Assembly: GCF_009834535.1 (NCBI RefSeq)
Contig: NC_045696.1
Span: forward strand, 74,154,001 to 74,218,000
Length of the DNA stretch: 64,000 nt
Direction: 5' to 3'
Origin: Camelus ferus
Taxonomy: Eukaryota
The notes below the pieces were generated by a model. That model saw only the letters and a program-made list of their open reading frames with translations, searched no databases and had not been told where the DNA came from. The first letter of the stretch is position 1. Each line of letters begins with the position of its first letter. The translations under genes were made by a program, and so were the position numbers. This document shows positions 38,569 through 51,119 of this stretch, in pieces.

Positions 38569-41399
38569 GAGCCTCTTATTAGCAACTCTTGAAACTAGAA
38601 AACAATAGAGCAAAGCCTTCATAGTTCTGAGGGTACATCTTTTCTAATCTAGTGTTTTATTCCCAGCCAACTATTAGTTAAGCATGAAAGTAAAATTTTT
38701 AAATTTTCAGACTGCACAGTCTCAAAAATTTTACCTCCTATGTCCAGTTCTCATGAATCTGTGTTCTGCGAAACCAAACAAGAAAATTAAGAAGGGAAGA
38801 CATGGAATCCAGGAAAAAGGAAATTCCATGCAAAAGCTGGAAAGAGAAGCCCTAGGATGATGGTGAAAGGAGACCCAAAAAACAAAAGCTAAGCTTCAGC
38901 CATCTGGATGTGGGAAGTCGAAAGCTCGTGGGAGACTTTCTTTAGGAGGATGACATTGATGCTTGAAGTATGTATGTACTGAAAGAAGATTTGTACAACT
39001 GGGAAAGTGAATAAAAGAACTACAAATGCAAAGGAAGCTGAGAATAGACATCAGTAGCTTCACCTAACAAGGAAAAAAAAAAAACAAGTAAGGAAAACCA
39101 AAACTTTTTCAGAAAAGGAAAAGTAATAACAGTACCCAATATGACTCAGCCAGGTCTTGTGTTTGTATAATCATAATACTGTATACACTGTAGTGATGTA
39201 ACCAAAGTTACGATAAAACTCTGCTGGGAAGAAAGCGGAAAGAGTAAAGGTGTGTATAAGCTGGGGATAGGGGTAGTGAAAGAAAAATTATAATTTTCCA
39301 CAGCAGGAAGTCAATGGGTAATACTAAAGGATAAAAATTAAGCTTGTTTGCTTGTTTCTTCTGTTTGTTTGTTTTTAGGATCATGGAAGTATAGAAGCAA
39401 ATATCCTAAGAATCAGTTAAAAGAACCGAAAGTGGCTACCTCTAGGGATCAGAGTTGGAAAGAGGTAATCAGAGTTCTGCTTTTTTTCTGTATTAAGCCT
39501 TCTACAACAATTTGACTCTCTAAATTAACACTGAATTAAAAAGAAACATTACCTAAAAACTTAGAGCACAATTCAATTAAGACACTTGTTCATGATCAGT
39601 ATTATTATGTAACAAACATCCTTATATCCTCAAATATTCATCTCTATCAAAATCTCTGATGATTTATTTTAGATAAACATCTAGAACTAGAACTGATTTT
39701 CTTTTTTAAAAAAGGGGACTGTGAGCTCTTTAAGCCCCTTCATATATGTCCTTCAAATTATTTTCTAGAAAAATTGTATCAAAATACCATCACACTAGCA
39801 GTAGAGAGTAACTTTTTCAGCATACTCTCATCAGCATTAATTTTCAATCAATTTTGTCATTTAGTATAAAGAAAATATAATTTTATATATTTTTCTTATT
39901 AAAAGAAAAATTAGGTTCTGTTCATATGAATAACAGCCTACTGGTTAAAAAACTGTTAGTGACTTCCTGAGGCATAGTACAGAAGTCAGTCATCAATATC
40001 CACCTTTGGGGCCCTTGCCTTTGATCAGAAAACTGGTAAGAAAATGTGCTATCACACAAGTTACATGATACAGATTTCATTATAGTTGGTCTTATAAGAA
40101 AAAGCTTTATCCTGAGCTGAAGGAAATTAATGATCTTAGACTTTAGACATGGTCTTTCATTTTAGAAGTAGTTGTGTATTTTATGACTATTTTAAATTTA
40201 CACAATGCTTCTCTCTCGAAAACATTTATTCAATATTCACTTAACAAATCTCACTTAGTCCTGAATGTAATAAGTGCTGAGACACAATGGTAAACAAAAC
40301 AGTTTTGGCACTAAAAGTTCAATCCTTGTGTAGGATTCGCATAACAGCCTCAGAAAGTCCAGATAATCTCAGCAATTAAAGGAGAAAATTATTTATGAAA
40401 ATATGTCTCTATAGTATGAGAAATAGAGGTGAATAACTCGACTTCCTAACTGCCAGCCAAGAGCTCAGGCTACTTAGAAATCACCACTCATGAGAGTATT
40501 TAAACTAATCAGATTCAAGGGTATCATATGATTACAATTAATCATATGGGATGCACATGTGATTCAGACGTTTCACAGTCTATTCAGCTTATAAAAATGG
40601 ATAAAGACTTTTCTTCATGTGATATATATAGAATGTCCACAAACTATTTTATCTTTATACATTCTCTGCAAATTAAATTTTTGTCACAGGAGAGATTTGA
40701 TCCTAGTTTAGAAAACCCAACTCAACACTGTTATATGGTCATTTCTGTCTTTCAAGTTGCATTGTCAGTGACACTTCAAAAGAAAACTAGATATGGGACC
40801 TGACACATACTTTAAAATGTCAACAATGAATTATATCACCACAGTAAGAAGGAAAAACCTCACACAATTTTCGCCCACCAGACACAGACCGTCCTGTTCC
40901 TCTGCTTCTCAGCCTTAGTGACAGTTTCCCATTTGTACAAAAGCTATTTCTGTGACAGAAACATGACTTCTCTTTATTAGGCAGATCTGGAGTTACAGCT
41001 CTCTTCAAATAAAAAAAAAACCCACACTGCTCAGAAACCATAAGAAGTATGGATTAAAATCATTTTCATCCCCTACTCTTCCTCACAATGCTTCAAGAAC
41101 TTGATTTCCTTTTTGAAAAATGGTTTAGTGATTAGAATGGAGCCGGGATATATTTGTAGAAGGACAGATTAATAGGTCATGTTAGGACAGTAGTTGGATA
41201 GTGTTATAAACATCAGGGAGCATGACTCTTCAGTCCCAATGTTAGTAAGTAGCAAGTGGAGGAATCACTACCTGAATGTCTCTATTATCAAGAGGCCGTG
41301 CCTCTCAACGTGACTTATTAAAACAAACTCATAGATATATCCTCTTATTTTCTAGCCATTTCCCTATCTTATGCTTCTTTTTGTGTAGCACTGAAAAAA

Positions 41400-41895
41400 G
41401 AATAGTTTTATAAGTCAGACAGAGATGGGTTTCAATCTTGATGCCATTTAATTAACTATGTTAACTTGGGCTTAAACTGTTTACACCTCAGATTCCTCAC
41501 CTGTGAAAGGAGTGAAATGCCCTCAGGAGGTGGAACATGACTCCCCACTCCTCAAGCGTGGGCTGTGCACAACGACTTCTTTGCAAAGAGTACAGTACCA
41601 AAAAGAGGGAAAACAAACAACTTTAAAGTGGAGGAATCCAAGCCCTCCCTCGAGGTTAACGTCAACAGTGACACTGTCATGTTGACAGGACCTACTCTTG
41701 ATACCATGTGATGAGAATCGCAGTTTTCCTCGGCAGGCTTCCTCCCCACAACCCCATAACCCCCGTCTAATTATTAGAGAAACATCAGAAAAACCTAAAC
41801 TGAAGGACATTCTACAAAATACCCTCCCCTCAAGAAGGGAGAAATGACATCTATCTTTGCTTGTGAAGATTTTTAGCTATAATACATGTAATTGA
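41400..41895 (+). mobile_element. MIR interrupted by an L1MC/MD-type 3'UTR fragment (~41515-41825)
   Basis: MIR agtcagacagagatgggtttcaatc...cctcagattcctcacctgtgaaa. L1 ccctcaggaggtggaacatgactccccactcctcaagcgtgggctg...gacattctacaaaatacc. Confidence 0.7.
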
Positions 41896-42120
41896 TAATT
41901 ACATATTTTCAAAGTACACATTCCCACCCGACTGACGTCAGACTTGGCCATATCACTTGCTTTGACAAGTGAAATGTGAGTAGAGATGAAGTATGTCCCT
42001 GTGAGCTTCTGTCTTGTGATTTTGTCATGCTGTTTTCCCTCTGAAACCTCCATTAAGGCCTCTCAGTCCATCAGTCCAAACCCTAAGTGAAGACAATCAG
42101 CTGCCCCGTCCCAGTGTTAC

Positions 42121-42632
42121 TGTTGCTGCTGAAGGCAATGTCCCACCCTGGGACCCGCAGGTGTCTTTAGGTCGGACTTTTCTCAGGAAAGAATTCAAGA
42201 GCAAGCCCAAGAAAAGCGAAGGCAAGTTTATTTAGAGAGATGCACACTCCATAGGCAGAATGCAGACAGTCTCAAAGTGAAAGCGGCCCCAGGGCATGGG
42301 GTGGTTGGTTTTTATGGGCTGAGTAATTTCATAAGCTAAGAGTGGGAGGAATATTCTTGCTGTTTTGGGGAGGAAAGGAGGGATTTCCTAGGAATTGGAC
42401 CACCGATCACTTTTTGGCCTTTTATGGGCCACCCTGGAACTGTCATGGTATAAGGGGGAATGATTTTTAGTGTTACAATGAGGGTATAATGAGCTAAAGG
42501 TCAGTGATCTGACTATTCTCTAAGCTACCTTGGTTTCAGCCAGTTCCAGCCAGTTTTTATTCACATGCTCACAGCTGCAGCCCCTCTTCATTTATCTAGT
42601 GGTTGTGCCCTGCCCCTTTCCCTCCCATCTCA
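42121..42632 (-). mobile_element. ERV1 solo LTR, inner element (512 bp) with 4-bp TSD
   Basis: tgttg...tctca termini flanked by TTAC at 42117-42120 and 42633-42636; antisense poly(A) signal tttatt near 42227. Confidence 0.85.
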
Positions 42633-42902
42633 TTACACCAGGTGAAGGGCTTGCTGCCTGACATGCACAGACCCCAATGCTGTGACCTCAGCTTTTGAGA
42701 AAAGAGAAAGCTTTATTGTGAGGTCGACCAGCAAGAAGACAGGAGGCACGGCTCAGTTCTGTCCAATTGGGTTTCTGTCAAACTTTTATGAGTTAGGGGA
42801 GGAGAGCTGGTCTGTGGAAGTGACGGCAGGACTTGGGAACTTGTCCATTTACGGTAAGGTACGGTAAAGGGGCTTCAGCTCGGGCCCTCCGCATCTGAAA
42901 AG

Positions 42903-42944
42903 GTTTCAACATTCAGGTTCCAGTTTCAACATTCAGGTTCCAGT
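42903..42944. repeat. 20-bp perfect tandem duplication inside the outer LTR
   Basis: gtttcaacattcaggttcca x2. Confidence 0.95.
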
Positions 42945-43287
42945 CATCTCCGGGGGAGAATCTTTGGTTCCATATATTGTTTGAGGTCAAAATCTTCTCT
43001 TTGCCTGCTTCAGCTGCATGACTTGTGGTTTTGTTGTTCTGTCTCTGAAAATAACTCAGTATCTTGTTAGAAACAAGATGGGGCCAGTTTGGGGCTGGTT
43101 CTGCAGTTACAGCCATGGACCTGTGATAGACGTGTAGCATGAGATAGAAAGAAATGTTACCATTGTGAGTTACTGAGACATTGGGCTCCTCTTCTAACAG
43201 CAGAACTGAGCTTCAGCTGATGACCTAGTTCTAATCAACTAATGAAGTTCACACCTTTTCCCCATCTCTCCTGTTCTTTCTTCATGT

Positions 43288-43423
43288 TCCTTCACATCTC
43301 CTCCCATCTCCTACCAACTTCTCCTCAGGTTACACATTAGTTTCTGAGTTTCTCCTTCACATCTCCTCCCTTCTCCTACCAACTTCTCCTCAGGTTACAC
43401 ATTAGTTTCTGAGTTTCTCCTTC
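43288..43423. repeat. 65-bp tandem duplication (1 mismatch)
   Basis: tccttcacatctcctccc(a/t)tctcctaccaacttctcctcaggttacacattagtttctgagtttc x2, plus tccttc. Confidence 0.97.
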
Positions 43424-46392
43424 CTCTAATAACTGCCTGTAGACTTGAGCAGTCTAGCTTCTCTGCTATTTCCATCACTTTGATTTTTTCAGGTGTTTTC
43501 AGCCACAGGCATAAATGAACGACTGGGGCTCAGATAAAAATTTCTCTGCTGCTCACCTGCCTTGTCCTTTATTCTCCCCACGTTGATGTCCTGGTGAAAT
43601 CAGATTAAAATTAACATCCAGAAACCATTTGGATGGAAAAATAAACCACTACAGGGGAAATTAGGGGTGTTTTTAAGGAGGTTAGCAGCTGATTATAAGC
43701 ATGTAAGTCCCATATTTTCTTTCTTTTTTTTTTCTTTTAGCATCAGCTACCTCCTGAATCACTGCCCAGTTGCCAGCTGCAAGTCCTAACTCCAAAGTAA
43801 GTCTGGCCAATTCTGAAATTCTGGTTGACTTATCCAACCTTCATGTTCACCCAGAACTTACTTAAGCTTCCAAAATGACTTACAGTGTAGATGCCATCTT
43901 CCTAAGAGATCTGCACCTGGTAAATGGGCAGAAAAGACTCCCCTTAATCATGTCCAATTTCAGTTTCACATGCATGCAACTTATATGAGAAAAATATAAT
44001 TAGATTTACCCAAACTTCACAGGGTCAGACTATCCAATCAACCCTTTTTGAAGGAAGTGTCCACAGCACAAAGCCAGAAGACTCCCAAGGGGTGGTGCTA
44101 TCAGATGATAGCAGAAGGAGCTGCTATTCTGAAGTCAAGTGCAGTTCATATCAGCTTCAAGATTAATTTCACTGGCATGGAGAGCAAGCTTACTGCCATC
44201 AGGTAAGCAGGCACACAATTTTATCTAGTTCTGTAAAAAAAAGTAAGGGGTTTGATTTTCCATCTCAATTTCAATCTTAGAGTTCATTGATCTCTCTCAT
44301 CTAAAGGTATAGGATATGTCTGCTCTGGTGGGTGCTCTGGGCCTAGGTTGAGGAGAGCCAAACTTGAGGAGAAAAGTCAGCCTACAAAATGGTTGTTCAG
44401 AAGTAGCTTGTGTACTTCCTCCATGAATAGCCTCATAGGTGCAGCTGTTCTGGGAGTTAAAAGGAGACTGTAGCACAGGGGTAGGGGTTATGGTTGGAGG
44501 GGAAGGAACATTGTAGGGTTGGAGGAAAATGAAAAATGTTCTAGCAAAGAATCTGGTATAGGATACATTTTTCTGGTATAAAAACTTAAACGTACATTTC
44601 ATGAAGACAGAAAGTTGTCCAGTTTATTTTGCCACAAATGGCATCTAGACAAAATTTGCATCAAGCGGATTCCAAATCCTATTAAAATATGGTGGTAATT
44701 GGGACTCTATAGCTTCTAGAAAGCTGATGAGGCAATTTTCACAATGTATCAGAATCTCTGCAGAATTTCCACTACTGTTTCTTTCCAGGCTAAGAAAGAG
44801 GGAGGAAAGAGGAGAGTGATGGTTAGGGCAATCCCCCTGGAAAACATTTAATTGCCCTAAAGGTTTTATTTAATTCAGCAAATTGGTCCTTAATTTTTCT
44901 GAGCTCACTATGGAAACCTTTGCTGGTCATCAGATTTCTGTTTTTTCCTATTCCTTGCTCAGTTGTTTTTGTTTCTGTGAGTTTTTAAAGATTGTTTTAT
45001 TATCTACTTTCAATTTTATTTTTGAAGTTTCATTATGGGATCAAGAGCCTATTTGCTACATCCTTTATACCTTTTTCTTGTACAAAGTTCATAACACTGT
45101 CTTATAAGGATTTTTAAAAATACATTTTTGAATACAACCTACACCATCTCCTTGAAGGCAAAACTGGAAAGTCATATTTTAAGTATTTTGATCATCACAT
45201 ACAATTCCTAGGGAGAATAAATCAATAGAAACAATTAAAAGTGTGTCAAACATAGTGAAAAAAAATTGCCAGTCAAAGAGATGGTTATCTTCTTGACAGT
45301 TTGAGATAGAGGTTAAGCCCAGGAAGTACAGCATTTGAATTCTTGCAAGAAAGAAGGCACTGATGAGGTCTAAATTAAACATAATGGATTGCTAATGATG
45401 GTGTGTACTTGTGGCTAGGTGATTCATAGAAAATGATTAGAAATTTAGTATTTGGAAAATTTCAGTATTCAAACATTAGCATATTATATTAAAGTATGGG
45501 GCATGGACAGAGCACTAGTTGTCCAGGTGAGTTGCTAAAGATAAAATTCCCTGGAGTGGTTCTACCTTAGAAGTCTATGGTTGGACAAGATCTTTGAATT
45601 GAAGGAGAATGGAAAAATAGCCTGAGATTTTGGGGGGACATGGTGAGTGTATTCTTTCTTGGAATGGGCACTAGGCTGCTCAAGTATATTATTTATTTCC
45701 TTGTATACAAAGTTTAGATGTTCCAGGTATTTGAGATTACTCCTTAAGTAACGTAACATGCATATAATAAGGAAATAATAAATATTGATAAAAACACATA
45801 GAGGAAAATGTGTGCCAGACATTTGTATTAGACAATGGTATCAGTCATATCACACAACTGGACTTGTAAATTTGTTTAAGTTAAACGTACATAGTTTTGT
45901 TGATAACTTGCCTCAATGTTGAATCCTCTTCTCTAAACCTCTCCTACCCACCTCAAAAAGAAAAAAACAAGAAAAAAATTCAGGACTTTTTAATCTACTC
46001 TACCAGTACTCCTAAGAAATACTTCTCTTAACTTACCTGTTCTAACACTTGTTTGACTGGAGTAGTGACCCCTGAGCTTTTCATTCCATTGTACTCATTC
46101 ATGGTGCTCTTAGTGTCCTCCTGATAGAATAAAAACTAATTGGCATATTTGTGCCTTAGCTTTTGTGCCTCCTCCACCTGAAGTTCCCGTGGCTCTGAAT
46201 TTAGTCAGTATTATTCATCCTGTGAAGCCTAGATCAGTGACATCTCCTTTTGAAGGTTTTGCTGTATGAAGTAAGAAGTCAATCATTAATCTATTTATTT
46301 ACATTTATTAAAATGTTATGGTCAAATGTGTAAATATTTCCATCAGATTTTTTTTCTTTTACAAAATTTACTTCAGATTCTAGCTGGCGGTG

Positions 46393-47503
46393 TTTATATT
46401 TGTTAATCCCATATTCCTTGTTTATTATTCCCACCTTCCCTTTACCGTTTTGTAACTATAAGTTTGTTTTCTACTGTGAGTCTGTTTCTGTTTTGTATAT
46501 AGGGTCACTTGTATTATTTTTTAAATTTCACATATAAGTTATATCATATAATATGTCTTTGTCTGACATACCTCACTTAGTAGGATATTCTCCAGGCCCA
46601 TCCATGTTGCTGCAAATAGCAATATTTCATTCTTTTTATGGCTGAGTAGTATTCCATTGTATGTATTTACCACATCTTCTTAACCCAATTGTCCAGTGAT
46701 GAGCACTTAGGTTGTTTCCATGTCTTGGTTCTTATAAATAGTATTTTCTGAACATTGGGGTGCACGTATCTTTTAGAATTAGAGTTTTCTTTTTTTCTGG
46801 ATATATGCCAAGGAGTGGGATTGTTGAATCATATGGTAGCTCTATTTTTAGTTTTTTAAGTAACCTCCATACTGTTCTCTATAGTGGCTGTACCAATTTA
46901 TATTCCCTCCAACAGTGTAGGAGTGTTCCCTTTCTCCACACCCTCTCCAGCATTTATTACTCATAGACTTTTTGATGATAGTCATTCTGACTGGTGTGAG
47001 GTGATACCTCATTGTGGTTTTGATTTGCATTTCTCTAATAGTGATGTTGAGCATCTTTTCATGTGCCTGCTGTCCATTTGGATGTCTTCTTGGAGAGATG
47101 TCTATTTTGGTCTTCTGACCATTTTTTGATTGGGTTGTTTTTTGATACTGAGTCATGTGAGCTGTTTGTGTATTTTAGATATTAACTCCTTGTTGGTTGC
47201 ATCATTTGCAAATATTTTCTCCCATTCTGTAGGTTGTCTTTCATTTTGTTCATGGTTTACTTTGCTGTGCAAAAGCTTTTAAGTTTGATTAGGTCCTGTT
47301 TATTTTTGCTTTTTATTTCCTTGGCCTTGGGAAACTGATCTAAGAAAATATTGCTGTGATTTATGCCCTAAAATGTTTTGCCTGTGTTCTCTTACAGGAG
47401 TTTTATGGTGTCACATCTTATATTTAGATCTTTAAACCTTTTGGAGTTTGTCTTTGTGTATGGTATGAAGGAGTGTTCTAGTTTCATTGATTTGCACGTA
47501 GCT
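46393..47503 (-). mobile_element. L1 3' portion (ORF2 C-terminus + 3'UTR), cetartiodactyl-type
   Basis: ORF 46848-47156 (-): [46 protein letters not shown], the L1 ORF2 Cys-rich C-terminus. Confidence 0.93.
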
Positions 47504-48529
47504 ATAAGAGAAACTTTTCGAATGTTTTTCTTATCGTTTTGATCATTACTGTTACTTCTTGTACACTTTTACTTTTATAAATAAATTGCCTGAGGTGGTG
47601 ACTTTGGCTTCCTGGGAATCATATATGCTTACTTTCTGGTTTGTATTAAGGTTACCAAACAAGTCACTGCAAATTAACAAGGTATTATTACATTAATATG
47701 AAATGAGATTTTTAAAAAGTGTATGTCAGTGCATGGCATCTGAATTCCTCTTATGGAGACAAATGTTTTTGAAAAGGAAACTGCCTATTAGTGTGAAAGA
47801 TGAGGACAGAGGATTATAGTTTGGAAGGAAATGTATGAAAGTATTAGCTAGACTGTTCAGGGTAGAAAGTTATCACAAATTTGGGGGGTTTCACTGAGGA
47901 AGAGAAAAATAACAGAGGTATTAGTCAGACAGAAGTGTTCAAATTATATGACAGAAGTCTGGAGCCTGAAGAGAGTGAGTTGGTGTATAATTCCTGCTAA
48001 CAGGTCCACTGAAGGAGTTTTAAGAAAAGGATTATCTAATACTCTGTTTTAAAATGTTTTCTATGTAATTTTGTGCTGTAACTCCCCTCTTCCATTGCCT
48101 TAAAACTTCAGAGAAGTCTAACAAATTGACATTATTTTGGAGAAATCAAGGAAAAGTCTTTGTGCCTCCCCATTTTGTGTAAGATAAGAGCAAAAAGAAG
48201 AATCACTTGGGATGAGATAACAGTAAGTTATCAGTTAGAGTTCAGCTAGAATAGGAAATGAGAACTACTGGTGCCCATGGAAACACCAGTTAATAGAAAT
48301 CTCTCTGAAGGTGGGGTGGTGGGGGAAGGGAGTGGATTTTCTGCTTCCAAAAAGGATAGAAGAATTGCGTTGATTTTATGTTAATCTTAAAAAAAAAGGT
48401 TAATTTTGTTGATAAATACCAAATTATAAAAATTATTTTTGAAATTTTTATAGATGATGATGCTGTCAACACAAATAGGTTTTCTTTGCCATCTGATTAT
48501 GTCATATTTCTTATGTCCTCTGTGGGTGA

Positions 48530-48870
48530 GTTGTAAGAAAATCATCTTCAGTTTCAAAGCACAGACCCCAGAATGTGAAGAGGGTTAGTGACTTTCTGAA
48601 GACCAATCTGTAAGTTAGAAGTGGAATGAAACAGAATCGAAACCCACATGGCTCAGGTTAAATTCATAATCTGTAAATACTGTGGTGAAAATAGTTAATA
48701 CCTGGCACTTCACTAGCTGCGTGACACTGGTCGTTTATCTCAGTAGTGTCATCCTTCATTGTTTTTTGTAAAAAAGTAAATATAATATTGAATTAAATAT
48801 CTGCAAAGCAATAATCACAGTGCCTAGAACCAAGTAAGCAGTCAATGAATGCTAACATTATGTATTAGTT
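48530..48870. mobile_element. Two MIR fragments (minus, then plus)
   Basis: gagggttagtgactttctgaagacc; cactagctgcgtgacactgg...cacagtgcctagaaccaagtaagcagtcaatgaatgcta. Confidence 0.65.
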
Positions 48871-49469
48871 TATTTTTTAAGTCATTGTTTGGAAAATAAA
48901 GATTAATATTAATATAATTATTCACATTCCTTTCAATTCCTATCATTCCAGAAAGCATTGTCTATAAACATTTATGGATTTTTGGAACAGAAATTTATAG
49001 CATTCTGGCTCTTCAGTCCACATCAATTTCAGTCTCATGGATACTGCAAATTTATATTAATTGTATAAGTTCTAAAAAGAAATCTTCCACAGATGCCTTA
49101 ACAAACTGAAAAATCAATAAAAGAATCCATAGAGCTCATGGTACAAGAACCAAAGTCAGATTCTACATGTCAATTTATAATGCTGCCACCCTTCCTTACC
49201 GTAGAAAATGTTTTTGTCAAAAATTTAAGTATCATAGTTTAGGTCTTCCTCTATCTCCCTGAATGTGGCTTATACATCATAGATTAGAGATGTTGAGTGG
49301 GGACCTTTTATCATTTTAGAAATCAATTATTTCTTAAAATTGCAAATTTTGAATCCCAGTGATGTTAGTAACTTGCTCAAATTCCACAGCAAGTCATGCA
49401 TGGGCTTGTTTCCAATAAAGTAAAAATAAAAGACTAATACAGTCACCAAAAATGACAGGTAATTAATTT

Positions 49470-50560
49470 TTGTTACAATTTTATTGAGATCTGATAGACA
49501 TACAATGAACTCTGTATATTTAAAGATTATATTTTGGTGAGATTTTATTTATATGTAGACCCATGAAACCATTACCACAATCAAAATAATGAACATACCT
49601 ATCACCCCAAAAAGGTTTTTCATGTCTCTTTGTAATCCTTTCCTCCTGCTCATCCTTGGTCCCTGCCATCCTACCCCTGTGGTCCCAAAGCAACCATTGA
49701 TCTGCTTTCTGTTTTTATAGTTTAATTTGCACTTTCTAGAATTTTCATGAAGAAAACTATATTTTGTCTGGCTTCTTTCACTTCAAAAATTATTTTGATA
49801 TATACCCTGTGTTTGCATAAATATCAGTAGTTGTGCCCTTTTATTGCTGTGAAGTATTTCATTCTATGGCTATACCATAATCTGTTTATTCATTTACCTA
49901 GCAGACAGGTGGTAATGGTAGACATTTGGATTATTTCCAGTTTCAGGCTATTAAAAATAAAGTGACTATGAGTATAGTGTAAAAGTCTCTGAGTCAAAAT
50001 TTGCTTTTTTTTTTTTTTGGGTAAATACCTGGGAGTGACTGAAATGTTTGAGCAGTATGATAGCTATGTATTTAACTTTTTAAGAAACTGCCAGACTACC
50101 TTCCAAAGTAGTTAGGTCATTTTATATTTCTACCAGCAGTGTATGAGAGTTCCAGTTACTCCATGTCTTTGCCAACGTTTTGTATAGTCAGTCTTTTTTA
50201 TTTTAGCTATTCTAGCTGATATGTAGGGGTTTATCATTGCAGTTTTTATTTGCATTTCACTAATGACTAATGATATTGAGCGTATTTTCGTGTGCTTATT
50301 TGCAGTCTTCTCTGATCAAATGTCTGTTAAACCTTTTTGCCCATTTTTAAATTGGGTTATCTTCTTTTTACTAATACCTTTATATATTCTGGATAAAAAT
50401 CCTTTGCCAGAAACCTTTTATTGCTTTCTCACACTGGGAAGAACATCCAGTACAGTACTCAAGTGGTGAGAGGACATCCTTACCTTGTTCCTGACCTTAA
50501 GGTTAAGTCTTTCACCACCAAGATGATGCCTTTTATCCAGTTGAGGAAGTTTCCTTACAT
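49470..50560 (-). mobile_element. Old L1 (L1MB8/MC/ME-like) 3' end with an internal jump at ~50415
   Basis: cccatgaaaccattaccacaatcaaaataatgaacat...taagaaactgccagac...ccagcagtgtatgagagttccag; then RT-region gacatccttaccttgttcctgacctt. Confidence 0.85.
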
Positions 50561-51119
50561 TCATTGAATAAGACTTAAAAAAAAAAAAATAGGGAAGAAT
50601 TCCTTTAATACTGCATGAGAGAGCTCAGCTGTGAGATTTAGGCATAGTTCCACAGGCATAAAATCCCTGTATGCAAAAGTAAAAGGTGGAGGCATGTTTT
50701 GAAATCAAGCTATACTGGCCACACAGGAAGCAAAGTTTTGCTTCTAAGAGGAAAGAAAAATATTAATATATGTGTCTGTATTCTTCTTTCTATGCTTGTG
50801 TTAGAAATTAATATTTGATCACAGCATTCTATACCGGGGAACCCAAATGCACACAGAAACCACGTCTTCACAGGGTCTAGGCAGCCATTAGAGTTGACGT
50901 GTGTGATGAGTATTTTCATCCCTGACCTACATTTATACCTAAAACATGAAGAATAAAATATTCAGTTAGGTGAGAGTATGGACGTGAGTATAATAGCCCT
51001 TGATATCTGGATATGGTCAGTGAGCAACTTTAGACGATTATTTTACAGCTTTGGGAGCCCTTCTTAACTGTTCTTCCATACAACCTTGTGAAGAAGGCAG
51101 GAATTTCAAGAGGCTGGAT

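Larger units (their letters stand above)
36650..39545 (+). mobile_element. HAL1 (Half-L1), near full length and decayed, with nested L1 tail and MIR
   Basis: ORF1-like remnants (LEDKAEE; MNEKRPTTRHSIGKCQDT; agcaactcttgaaactagaaaacaatagagcaaagccttc...ttttattcccagccaactat). No ORF2 follows. HAL1-type end gtggctacctctaggg...taagccttctacaacaatttgact. Confidence 0.75.
42115..43111 (-). mobile_element. ERV1 solo LTR (MER34/MER39-like), outer element
   Basis: TG...CA termini (tgttac 42115, gttaca 43111); gaagggcttgctgcc...ttttgagaaaagagaaagctttattgtgaggtcgaccagcaagaagacaggaggc. Confidence 0.8.
41915..43225 (+). mobile_element. MLT1J-like MaLR LTR split by two nested ERV1 LTRs
   Basis: 5' part: cttggccatatcacttgctttgacaagtgaaatgtgagtaga. 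Resumes at 43112 with gacgtgtagcatgag...actgagacattgg. Confidence 0.75.

Noticed and set aside
34551..43423. Direct repeats as CRISPR-like arrays
   Set aside because: Only two adjacent copies each, no unique spacers, no cas genes, eukaryotic context.
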